DNA from: an uncultured Lentimicrobiaceae bacterium
Lineage (GTDB): Bacteria; Bacteroidota; Bacteroidia; Bacteroidales; WCHB1-69
DNA length: 64,000 bases
Assembly (NCBI GenBank): GCA_964521105.1
Contig: CAZFPO010000005.1
Span: 3,534-67,533, forward strand
Direction of reading: 5' to 3'
Shown here one piece after another: positions 49,117-57,992 of the stretch. Under the pieces are notes generated by a model. The model did not search any database and had not been told where the DNA came from. It worked only from the letters and a program-made list of their open reading frames with translations. Position numbers and translations under genes: made by a program. Every line of letters starts with the position of its first letter. Position 1 is the stretch's first letter.

Positions 49117-49124
49117 CAAAATTA
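49117..49124 (-). promoter_or_regulatory. -7 promoter box (TAATTTTG on the minus strand) for gcvT
   Basis: CAAAATTA on the plus strand lies 39 nt upstream of the ATG at 49078. Confidence 0.4.
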
Positions 49125-49211
49125 GTAAAATATAAATAGACAAAAAGCTTTTTATCAAATTTTATTTTCAGTTAATTACGAATAGTTAAATCATATTTAT
49201 TGCTTTTTTTA

Positions 49212-49219
49212 TAGTTTTG
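49212..49219 (+). promoter_or_regulatory. -7 promoter box (TAGTTTTG)
   Basis: The box lies 48 nt upstream of the ATG at 49267. Confidence 0.35.
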
Positions 49220-49266
49220 TAAAATGTACAGATTACTATACAATATTATATTAAATTCATTTTTTC

Positions 49267-49980
49267 ATGAACAAACCTAACGGAAAACTATTTTTAATTC
49301 CTACTCCCATTGGCGACAATATCCAAAGTGAACTTCCTACAACAAATAATGAAATTTTACAAAAAATAGAGGTTTTCATCGTAGAAGAACTCCGCACAGC
49401 AAGAAGGTTTTTAGTAGCAAATAATTGCAAACATCTAATTGATGAGTGCGTTTTTCATGAGTTTAACGAACATTCAGACCACCAAAATATTTCCGAAATT
49501 TTACAACTCGCATTAAACGGAAAAAATATTGGATTAATGTCCGAAGCTGGTTTACCTTGCATTGCCGACCCAGGCGAAGAAATAGTGCTTGAAGCCCATC
49601 GAATGAACATACCAGTTATTCCTCTTGTTGGTCCTTCTTCCATTTTTATGGCTCTAATGGCTTCTGGATTAAATGGCGAAAAATTTATCTTCCACGGATA
49701 TCTGCCAGTTGAACCTTCTAATAGAAACAAGTTTGTTACATCCATTGCACAAGATGCTATTAAAAATAAAACATCTCAAATTTTTATCGAAACACCTTAT
49801 CGTAATCATAAAATGTTTGATGCAATTTTATCAAACTGTAAAGAAGAAGTTATGCTTTGCATTGCTTATAACCTTATGACAAGTAAACAGTCAATAATGA
49901 CTAAAAAAATAACCGATTGGAAAAAAACTAAAATTGATTTTAACAAAATTCCCGCAATTTTTATTATTGGAAGTGAATAA
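49267..49980 (+). CDS. SAM-dependent methyltransferase of the tetrapyrrole-methylase fold (RsmI/YraL-like)
   Basis: 237 aa. LFLIPTPIGD and MSEAGLPCIADPG resemble the RsmI motifs (ATPIGN / SDAGTPxISDPG). Confidence 0.7.
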   Translation: MNKPNGKLFLIPTPIGDNIQSELPTTNNEILQKIEVFIVEELRTARRFLVANNCKHLIDECVFHEFNEHSDHQNISEILQLALNGKNIGLMSEAGLPCIADPGEEIVLEAHRMNIPVIPLVGPSSIFMALMASGLNGEKFIFHGYLPVEPSNRNKFVTSIAQDAIKNKTSQIFIETPYRNHKMFDAILSNCKEEVMLCIAYNLMTSKQSIMTKKITDWKKTKIDFNKIPAIFIIGSE

Positions 49981-50004
49981 GATATTGATTAACAAATTTT
50001 GAAG

Positions 50005-50012
50005 TATCTTTG
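50005..50012 (+). promoter_or_regulatory. -7 promoter box (TATCTTTG) for the C25 peptidase gene
   Basis: The box lies upstream of the TTG-extended ORF. The ATG at 50075 gives a proper signal peptide. Confidence 0.4.
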
Positions 50013-50074
50013 TATAAAGTATTTTGAAATTGAAAAATATAAAAACTCATACAATCATATTTTTTAAAAGAGGA

Positions 50075-53000
50075 ATGTCAAACGTAAAATGGATATTCAC
50101 AGTTTGGTTTATTTTATTTTCACTTACTGCATTTTCGCAAAAAAAATCCACCTCATTTTTTCGAAATATCACTATTTTAAATGGTAATATCCAAATAGAC
50201 ACTTTAAATAAACAACATTTAATTCACATTAAAAATTGGTCAAAAACCACAGAAATTGGCACTCCTGAGCTACCCATTAAATATGAATTGGTTTATATTC
50301 CAAACGGCTTCGAAGCATCTATAAACTACAATGTAATAAAATTAAAAAAAAATACAAATATAAATTTACGTAAATCATTACCTCATAATATTGATACAGA
50401 GGGATTACCAACCTCTAATCCCGATTCAGTTCCATCTTATCCGATTGCGGACAAATGGTTTTTTAACTCACCGGTTTGTATTGACAGAATTATTGAATTT
50501 AAAGGACATAAAATGGCATTAGTAAAATTATCGCCCATGCAATATAATCCTTTGAAAAAAACACTTATCATTAATTATGATTTTAATTATACCATTTTTT
50601 TTAAACCAAATAGTTCAAAAAACACACATGCCTCAAAACCTAATACCACTATCAAGGATATTCATAATTTAAAGCGTTGGGTTGTTAATCCCGAAAATAT
50701 CGAACTAAATACGAACACTAAACAACAAAACACTTTTTCAAATTATTTAATTATTACTAATTCAAATTATTTAATAGCAGCTGATACTCTAGCTTTGTGG
50801 AAACAGGAATGCGGATATCGAACTAAGATTATCAGTAAACCCTTCTGGACAAGTTCGGAGATAAAAGATACGATTCAGAATTTATATTTGAATAGTGATT
50901 TTTGTCCGGATTATGTTTGTTTTTTAGGCGACCATGATTTGGTTCCAGGAACTGAAAAACTGGCTCCTCCTCCACTTCCCGACATGTTTGCAACGGATTT
51001 GTATTATGTTTGTATGGGCGGTTCCACCGATTACTTTCCCGACATCGCTTATGGTCGGATTTCAGTATCAAATTCAACAGAGGCAATGACCACCGTTAAA
51101 AAAATAATTAAATATGAAAAAAATCCCCCTTCAAGTCCAGAATTTTACCAAAACGCCTCTCATTGCTCCTATTTTCAAGATGAGAATTATGATGGTTATG
51201 ATGACAGACGTTTTGTGCAAACTTCGGAGGAAATTAGAGACTACATCCAACAAAACACCAATATTCAAGTACAGCGAATTTACGAAGCATTTTCGGATGT
51301 AACCCCAATGTATTGGAACAATGGTATTTATTCTACTGGAGAAGCAATACCAACCGAATTATTAAAACCGATTTTTGCTTGGAATGGTTCTACTTCGGAT
51401 ATGATTAATTCGATTAACTATGGTCGATTATATGTTTTTCATCGCGATCACGGATTTTCAAATGCTACTGGGTGGGCACATCCTTCCTTTTTAACTTCTC
51501 AAATACAATATTTATTTAATTTATCGCAATTACCTTTGATAATTAGTATAAATTGTCATACGGGTGAATTTTCAAAACCCGAATGTTTTGCCGAAAAAAT
51601 GTTACGTTCTACCACCGGTGGTTGTTTTGGCATCTTTGCACCATCGTTTTACAGCTATAGTGGTTATAATGATGCTTTTTCGATGGGGATATTTGATGGA
51701 TTTTGGAATACACCTGGAATATCACCAAATTTTACTGGAAGTGGCGGTTCGCCAACACCAGATATTGATAATGCCTTAATGACTAATAAACCCGGTGATG
51801 TATTAATTCACTCGCTTATTTATTCAACGTTGTATTGGGGATTTAACCAGCATACTAACGAAATTATGCACTATTTTGGCGACCCTGCAACCACATTTTA
51901 TACCTCTTTACCCAGCCCTATCACCGCAAATTTATCGGATACCATAATTTGTAATTCTGAAAGTTATTTTATTCAAACTGAAAATTGTAATAATTGTATT
52001 GCATCATTAAGTTTAAATAATCAACTTGTCGCTAGTTCACAAATTTTTAATGATACTCTTACCTTACATTTTAACGCAATGTATGGCGACACTGCTTATT
52101 TAACAATTACTGGCGATGGTAAAAGACCTTTTATAAAATCCTTAGTTTGGTATTGTAATCAACCTGTTTATGCCCCTATTGCAAATTTTTCGTATAGCGA
52201 CAGTATTGCTTGCAATGGAAGCATTCAGTTTACCGATGAAAGTATACATTTTCCACAACAATGGCTTTGGGATTTTGGTGATGGTGTAACTTCAAATTTA
52301 CAAAATCCCACACATAACTTCAATTCACCAGGTTACTATACCGTAAAATTGAAAACTTCAAATATCCACGGTGTTGATTCAATATATAAAAGCAATATTA
52401 TTCATGTAGTTACACCTGAAAAACCTCTATTTTCAGATACTTTGCTTTGTAATTCATCACCCCTTACATTAACTGCTTTTGCAAATCAACAAGTTTATTG
52501 GTATAGCGATGTTGAACATCAAAACCTAATAGAAACTGGTTCAAGTATTTATTTTAATAATATTACACAAAATGCTGATATATACCCATTTACAAAAAAT
52601 TTAATATCAAATTTATCGGTTGGAATTTTTGACAATTCGGGACAAGGTGGATATATATACAACAATAAAAAAAATTATTTGGTAATTAGGGCATTAGATG
52701 ATATAACTATTTCCAGTGTTAAAATATTTAGTAACGCTACTGGAAACAAAATTATTGAGTTAACTGACTCTTTAGGTAATGTTATTAGTAATAAAGTGTT
52801 TAATTTTAGTATTGGGGAAAACATTGTTCCATTAAATTTTTCTGTTCAAAAGGGTAAGCGTTATCGTATAGTTGGACCTTCTTATTCAAATTTTCATGCA
52901 ACCAATGTAGGCGTTCAATTTCCTTATATTTTAAAAAACTCAATAAGCATTGACAGTTGTTCATCAGTTAATCAAATGGATACTTACTATTATTTTTATG

Positions 53001-53764
53001 AACTAAAAGTCAATCGTTCGTGTTATAGCAATTCTGATACTTTAAACATTAAAGTTCAAAATATTGATGCTACTATATCGCCATCAGGGAAATATATTCT
53101 TTGTAACGAAAATGATAGTGTATACATTTTTATGAATTCGGGATTGAGTGCTCAATGGTCGAATGGAATTTCAGGAAATAGTATTATTGTAAATCAAACT
53201 GGTAATTATTCGGCAAACTTCAGTGTGAATTCGTGTAATTATTTTTCTGACACACTGGAAATTCTTCCGTATTATCCAATTACTACATCATTTACGGTAA
53301 ATTGTCAGAATAATAATTGTCAGTTTAGCAATACTAGTTCAAATGCCATTTGGTATTTTTGGGATTTTGGAGACGGCACCTACAGTAATGAAATGAGTCC
53401 AACTCATGTTTTTGCTGATACAGGCACATATAGTGTTCAGTTGATTGCATATACAAATTGCGACACTTCATATTTCAACCAATACATTAGAATTGATGCA
53501 CTTTTAGTTAGTGAATCTGATTTAACTTCAATTGGTATTTATCCTAATCCATTGATTGATGGTTTTTATATTACAAATAAATCGGGACAAACCTTGTCAA
53601 TAAATGTATATAACGCAGAAGCACAAATAATTAGTCAGCTAACAAGCAACAAAAATGAAGTCTTCATTGATATGAAGTCTTTTGCCGGTGGAATTTACTT
53701 TGTTGAACTTCGGACAAATAACCTCATAATTTGGCGAAAGTTATTGAAATTCAATAACTTTTAA
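50075..53764 (+). CDS. Secreted C25 (gingipain-family) cysteine peptidase with two PKD domains and a T9SS C-terminal sorting domain
   Basis: Signal peptide MSNVKWIFTVWFILFSLTAFSQ. Candidate catalytic His (VFHRDHGF) and Cys (IISINCHTGEF). PKD signatures WLWDFGDGVTSNLQNPTHNF and WYFWDFGDGTYSNEMSPTHVF. The CTD reads …IGIYPNPLIDGFYI…GGIYFVELRTNN…. Confidence 0.75.
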   Translation: MSNVKWIFTVWFILFSLTAFSQKKSTSFFRNITILNGNIQIDTLNKQHLIHIKNWSKTTEIGTPELPIKYELVYIPNGFEASINYNVIKLKKNTNINLRKSLPHNIDTEGLPTSNPDSVPSYPIADKWFFNSPVCIDRIIEFKGHKMALVKLSPMQYNPLKKTLIINYDFNYTIFFKPNSSKNTHASKPNTTIKDIHNLKRWVVNPENIELNTNTKQQNTFSNYLIITNSNYLIAADTLALWKQECGYRTKIISKPFWTSSEIKDTIQNLYLNSDFCPDYVCFLGDHDLVPGTEKLAPPPLPDMFATDLYYVCMGGSTDYFPDIAYGRISVSNSTEAMTTVKKIIKYEKNPPSSPEFYQNASHCSYFQDENYDGYDDRRFVQTSEEIRDYIQQNTNIQVQRIYEAFSDVTPMYWNNGIYSTGEAIPTELLKPIFAWNGSTSDMINSINYGRLYVFHRDHGFSNATGWAHPSFLTSQIQYLFNLSQLPLIISINCHTGEFSKPECFAEKMLRSTTGGCFGIFAPSFYSYSGYNDAFSMGIFDGFWNTPGISPNFTGSGGSPTPDIDNALMTNKPGDVLIHSLIYSTLYWGFNQHTNEIMHYFGDPATTFYTSLPSPITANLSDTIICNSESYFIQTENCNNCIASLSLNNQLVASSQIFNDTLTLHFNAMYGDTAYLTITGDGKRPFIKSLVWYCNQPVYAPIANFSYSDSIACNGSIQFTDESIHFPQQWLWDFGDGVTSNLQNPTHNFNSPGYYTVKLKTSNIHGVDSIYKSNIIHVVTPEKPLFSDTLLCNSSPLTLTAFANQQVYWYSDVEHQNLIETGSSIYFNNITQNADIYPFTKNLISNLSVGIFDNSGQGGYIYNNKKNYLVIRALDDITISSVKIFSNATGNKIIELTDSLGNVISNKVFNFSIGENIVPLNFSVQKGKRYRIVGPSYSNFHATNVGVQFPYILKNSISIDSCSSVNQMDTYYYFYELKVNRSCYSNSDTLNIKVQNIDATISPSGKYILCNENDSVYIFMNSGLSAQWSNGISGNSIIVNQTGNYSANFSVNSCNYFSDTLEILPYYPITTSFTVNCQNNNCQFSNTSSNAIWYFWDFGDGTYSNEMSPTHVFADTGTYSVQLIAYTNCDTSYFNQYIRIDALLVSESDLTSIGIYPNPLIDGFYITNKSGQTLSINVYNAEAQIISQLTSNKNEVFIDMKSFAGGIYFVELRTNNLIIWRKLLKFNNF

Positions 53765-53772
53765 AATGTTGC

Positions 53773-54285
53773 TTATTTACAGGATTTTAAGCCAAATATT
53801 AGCCCAATACCCGGAAAAGCAAATTCTTCGAAACTTACTCGAATTTTATTGTAATGATTCCCAATTCTGGAAAAAGGCAAATATGCACCTGCTGAAATTT
53901 TGAAATACCATTGTTCCCTATTTAATATGGTGTAATTTAAATTCGGATATAATAACACCATATCAGCACTACCTCCATCGCCCATAAAAGGCATTGGGGT
54001 AAAACCTATTAAATAAACTCCAAAACCATATTTTAAATAATTATAATTTAGCCCTAAGTTAATTGAGCAAATATATTCATCATTAAACGGAATCAACATT
54101 CCAAAACCTAATGAAGGCGTTAACAGATGATTTCTATTTTGAGTTAGTTTAATATCAATCAACGTATTAAAAGAAAACCCAAGTGTGCCTGAGCCTCCCA
54201 AATGTAGTTCATTTTTCACCTGACCAATGGTGTTACTTGCCCAAACAAGGAACAATAAGATAAATGCTAGATTTTTTAATTTCAC
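53773..54285 (-). CDS. Small signal-peptide beta-barrel protein (function unknown)
   Basis: 170 aa with a signal peptide (…WASNTIGQ) and Gly/aromatic-rich beta-strand periodicity. Confidence 0.4.
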   Translation of the reverse strand: MKLKNLAFILLFLVWASNTIGQVKNELHLGGSGTLGFSFNTLIDIKLTQNRNHLLTPSLGFGMLIPFNDEYICSINLGLNYNYLKYGFGVYLIGFTPMPFMGDGGSADMVLLYPNLNYTILNREQWYFKISAGAYLPFSRIGNHYNKIRVSFEEFAFPGIGLIFGLKSCK

Positions 54286-54436
54286 AAGATGGATTTTTAG
54301 TATATAAATTTCAATAAGTCATTTTTTGATACCATAAATCAAATGATTCGATGCAAATATAAAAAATGTTTAACTATAATAGAGCTAATTCTCAAAAAAT
54401 CTCAGTAATAAAAAGATAGAAATACTTTTGATAACA

Positions 54437-54607
54437 AATTTTTATTGATTTTGAAACGCGTTTTAATCCAATAATAAATAATTTAACCCAGAATCAGCGA
54501 TACAATCGCTGAAACGATTAAATGTTTCTAACTCAATTCGTTGATACGAATTGAAACAAACATTAAATCGGGATTAAACCCAACTAAATCAAGTAGTTCA
54601 ATTTTTT
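54437..54607 (+). ncRNA. Candidate small RNA (promoter box, four to five hairpins, weak terminator); class unknown
   Basis: TACTTTTG box at 54423-54430. Hairpins are CAGCGAT-aca-ATCGCTG (54495-54511), GAAAC-gattaaat-GTTTC (54511-54528), CAATTCG-ttgata-CGAATTG (54534-54553) and GGG-attaaa-CCC (54570-54581). AACTA-aatcaag-TAGTT followed by CAATTTTTT lies at 54582-54607. There is no ORF. Confidence 0.25.
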
Positions 54608-54754
54608 CAAATCTCCTATTGATTAATTTGGGTTTAACACAACAAATCATTAGAAGAACCGAACATACACATTGAGCATGTATATTTATTAGAGAGAATT
54701 AAGCATTGTACAACTCAAATAATCGAGTAGATTAATTTGAAATAATTGCAGAAA

Positions 54755-54862
54755 TTACTTTTTCTTAGGTTTAGTAAAAAGTACTTTATAGAAAAAATAT
54801 CCTGTATAAAGTGTAACCGTGATATGAACCACTAGCATAGTAATCAACGCTTCAGAACTCAT
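54755..54862 (-). CDS. 35-aa single-TM small protein, possible accessory subunit of the upstream NSS transporter (MetS-like)
   Basis: Hand translation gives MSSEALITMLVVHITVTLYTGYFFYKVLFTKPKKK*. It starts 5 nt after the transporter stop, and has a hydrophobic core and a basic tail. The arrangement resembles metP-metS. Confidence 0.35.
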   Translation of the reverse strand: MSSEALITMLVVHITVTLYTGYFFYKVLFTKPKKK

Positions 54863-54866
54863 AGTT

Positions 54867-56702
54867 TTATGTTTTTAATGGATTGTGTTTTTTATGTTGT
54901 TTAGCTGCAAAATAAACCAATATGCAAAAAGCAAAAAAAGTAAATAATAAAAGTATTCGAGAAAGATCAATAAAAAATATATCGTTAATGACAAAACCTT
55001 TAAAAATGGGATCTCCTTTTTTAACAAACTGTCCATCGATTATTAGCAATTGATACCCATCTTTGATTTCGTATTTTTTTGCATTTTTTTCATTAGAAAC
55101 ATCATTATTAATAATCACAAAGTTTCTATCTCTAAGAGTTTCTTTTCCAACAAAATACCCTTCATTTTCGGAAAAATAGGTATTTGAAAAATATTCGGAA
55201 TTTTGTCCAATTCCTTTATGAAAGATTTTTCCAAACACCGAGTTATTATCAATTTCCCAACCCGAAAGGCTAATTTTTGACCAATCATTATCTTTTGGAC
55301 TAACCAAAGCACCAATAAATATAACAATAAGTAAAACCGGTGTGATAAATTTGATTATAAATTTATAAATTTTGGGAATTTTAATATCTGCAGCGTATGT
55401 TATCTCTCGCCAGCCTCGTTTCATGCCAAAAAACCAAGCAAACAAAATAGTTTCGAGCATGGCAAACGTAAACAACGATACAGTACCTCCCCAATAATCG
55501 TATTCGTCAAATACCCCTTTTTCAAAAAACAAAACGGTGGGTAAACCAAGAGTGAGAATTATTAAACCAAAAGCCAAGGCAGATTTTTTTCTAGACCATT
55601 TATATTCATCTTGAAAAAATCCCATGGCTGGAGTACCCATTGCTAAAGAGGAAGTAACACCTGCAAAAAACAACAACCCAAAAAAGGCTACCCCAGCAAA
55701 AATCGCCATCATTTCGCCCCATTGTTGAAATAAAAATGGCATTGTGCGGAAACCTAATCCTAAGCCCCCCATTTGAACCAAATCCACTACTTTATCGATT
55801 CCTAAATATCCGATAGCAATAGACGTAATTATGGTACCACCTAAAACAATTTCTACAAATTCGTTCATAAAACCAGCCGACATAGCATTAAGTGCAATAT
55901 CTTGGTCTTTTCGAACATAAGAGGCATAACATTGAATTGTTCCCATTCCTACCGAAAGTGTAAAAAATATTTGTCCTGCAGCAGCAAACCAAACTTTTGG
56001 GTCGGATAAAGTGGAATAATTGGGTGTCCATAAAAAGTTTAAACCAGTTAAACCATCGTTAATAGCATTGTTAACACCAGCTTTAATTAAAGTTCCCTTA
56101 ATTGCCAGAAAAATTCCAAATACTATTAATAAAGGCATACCAATTTTAGCTGCTTTTTCTATACCACCACTTAATCCTTTGCTCAAAATCCATACATTTA
56201 AAGCTAAACATAGAATATAAAAAACAATTGCTTCGTATGGTATTAAAGTGGTTGAGTGTGACACATCAAGGTAGCTATCAAAAAATGACGAAACATCATG
56301 CTGATTCATTCCATTAAATGTACCAGCAACCGAATGCCAAATATACGATAGTGTCCAGCTTTCTAAATAACAATAATAGGCTGCAATAGCAAGATTTGAA
56401 AAAATTCCAAACACACCAACATATTTCCAAACCTTCTTTTTATTCATTTCATTTAAAATAAAAGGTGTTGAATGGTGCCCTAATTTTCCACCAAATCGTC
56501 CTGTCGACCACTCTATTAATAATAATGGAATTCCAAGCAACAGAAAAGAAACTAGATAAGGTATAATGAAAGCTCCACCTCCATTATTAATTGCTTGAAC
56601 TGGAAATCGTAAAAAATTTCCAAATCCGACGGCATTGCCTGCCATAGCCAAAATTAGCCCTATACGAGAACCCCATGATTCAACCTGAACACTTTTTCCC
56701 AT
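54867..56702 (-). CDS. Sodium-dependent transporter, NSS/SNF family
   Basis: 611 aa. WGSRIGLILAMAGNAVGFGNFLRFP and GGGAFIIPY are the NSS TM1/TM2 signature, with about 12 TM segments. A hydrophilic insertion of about 110 aa precedes the last TM. Confidence 0.9.
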   Translation of the reverse strand: MGKSVQVESWGSRIGLILAMAGNAVGFGNFLRFPVQAINNGGGAFIIPYLVSFLLLGIPLLLIEWSTGRFGGKLGHHSTPFILNEMNKKKVWKYVGVFGIFSNLAIAAYYCYLESWTLSYIWHSVAGTFNGMNQHDVSSFFDSYLDVSHSTTLIPYEAIVFYILCLALNVWILSKGLSGGIEKAAKIGMPLLIVFGIFLAIKGTLIKAGVNNAINDGLTGLNFLWTPNYSTLSDPKVWFAAAGQIFFTLSVGMGTIQCYASYVRKDQDIALNAMSAGFMNEFVEIVLGGTIITSIAIGYLGIDKVVDLVQMGGLGLGFRTMPFLFQQWGEMMAIFAGVAFFGLLFFAGVTSSLAMGTPAMGFFQDEYKWSRKKSALAFGLIILTLGLPTVLFFEKGVFDEYDYWGGTVSLFTFAMLETILFAWFFGMKRGWREITYAADIKIPKIYKFIIKFITPVLLIVIFIGALVSPKDNDWSKISLSGWEIDNNSVFGKIFHKGIGQNSEYFSNTYFSENEGYFVGKETLRDRNFVIINNDVSNEKNAKKYEIKDGYQLLIIDGQFVKKGDPIFKGFVINDIFFIDLSRILLLFTFFAFCILVYFAAKQHKKHNPLKT

Positions 56703-56793
56703 TGTAATTTATTTTTAAGCAACTAAATTACATTTTATTATCATTTTAACAAAAATATTTTTAATTTTTTGTTCAATAATCTCAATTCGTAAA

Positions 56794-56811
56794 TTACGCT
56801 TCGAAGCGTAA
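56794..56811. terminator. Perfect 18-bp palindrome, probable terminator hairpin after the ATPase gene
   Basis: TTACGCTTC|GAAGCGTAA lies 5 nt beyond the stop at 56817. Only a short T tract follows on the minus strand. Confidence 0.35.
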
Positions 56812-56816
56812 CGCTC

Positions 56817-57932
56817 TCAGGCGTAATTTAAAATGAATTTCTGAAAAAATGGGTCACTAATAAAGTAAGTATTTGCAGTTTTATCAATTATACTCTTATC
56901 CATCAATACCGAAATTGCTTTTTGAATAGATGATGGTGTTGATAATCGATGTTTTTTTAAATATTCATTCGAGAAAATATTATCACCGTTGACAGTAAGT
57001 GCCTTCAATATATTTTTTTGCAAAACCGATAACTTATCAAAAAGTTCGTAATAATAGTCATGTTTTAATATAATTACTTGTTTTACACACAAATCAACAA
57101 TATCTATTGTAACTTCATGTTGTGATTTAATGAGATATTGCCAAATTTCGGCAGCTAACATTTGAATGTAATATGGTATTTTGGCACTACATTTAATAAT
57201 ATATGTTGCCACTTCATCCGAAATAATAATTCCTGATTCTGAAAATTTATTTTTCAAAAAAACTATTGTTTTATCTAATGGAAGAAATCCTAATTGCATA
57301 TGAAATGCTGAATTATAAAAAGCGCGTTTTTTATTATTGAACATATCATTTAGTAAGTGGGTGCGACTTCCTAAAAATAGATAATTCACTTTTTGATGTT
57401 GAATTTTACTTCTTAAAAGATTTTCGAAGCCAATTTTTTCAAAGTTTGTAATTTCTTGAAATTCATCAAATATTACGATGACTTTTTGATTGTTTTTTAC
57501 AAGCTTTTGAGGCAAATCAAGAATATCTGAAAGAGTTTGTGATGAAACTCGATGTTCAACAAAGTCAATCCCAAGTTCTGGCAAACCATCATTTCCGATA
57601 GATAAAATTGGTCGGACTGATTTAACGGTTTCAGAAATAATTTCCATGAATTTCTGAAAATTTGTTTGTTTTTTCACAATTGACCGCACGTAATGACTTA
57701 CAAAAACTTCAACAGAATAAATTGGTAAAAAATCGAAATAGATACAAATGGCTCCTTGTTTTTCCATCTCTTCAATGGCTTTAAAAACTAAAGATGTTTT
57801 ACCATATCTACGAGGTGCAAATAAAACAAGATTATTACCACCCATAAGTGTAGACACAATCCGATCACATTCAATCTCTCTATCAAAAAACTGATTACCT
57901 TTAACTACGGTTCCAAAACTAAATGGATTCAT
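56817..57932 (-). CDS. P-loop ATPase of the Arch_ATPase/ATPase_2 (PF01637-like) type with a C-terminal helical, wHTH-like region
   Basis: 371 aa. NPFSFGTVVKGNQFFDRE…, Walker A FAPRRYGKTSL and Walker B VIVIFDEFQE. Confidence 0.7.
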   Translation of the reverse strand: MNPFSFGTVVKGNQFFDREIECDRIVSTLMGGNNLVLFAPRRYGKTSLVFKAIEEMEKQGAICIYFDFLPIYSVEVFVSHYVRSIVKKQTNFQKFMEIISETVKSVRPILSIGNDGLPELGIDFVEHRVSSQTLSDILDLPQKLVKNNQKVIVIFDEFQEITNFEKIGFENLLRSKIQHQKVNYLFLGSRTHLLNDMFNNKKRAFYNSAFHMQLGFLPLDKTIVFLKNKFSESGIIISDEVATYIIKCSAKIPYYIQMLAAEIWQYLIKSQHEVTIDIVDLCVKQVIILKHDYYYELFDKLSVLQKNILKALTVNGDNIFSNEYLKKHRLSTPSSIQKAISVLMDKSIIDKTANTYFISDPFFQKFILNYA

Positions 57933-57992
57933 TTTATTCTTTTTTACAAAAATACAAATTTATATGATTTATAAAATGAATTCAAAGTATTA

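Noticed and set aside
54495-54557. Hairpins ending in …ATTGAAAC/…GCTGAAAC resemble the 3' ends of CRISPR repeats
   Set aside because: The stems have different sequences, so they are not repeated units. There are only two or three of them, with no regular repeat-spacer periodicity and no cas genes in the window.
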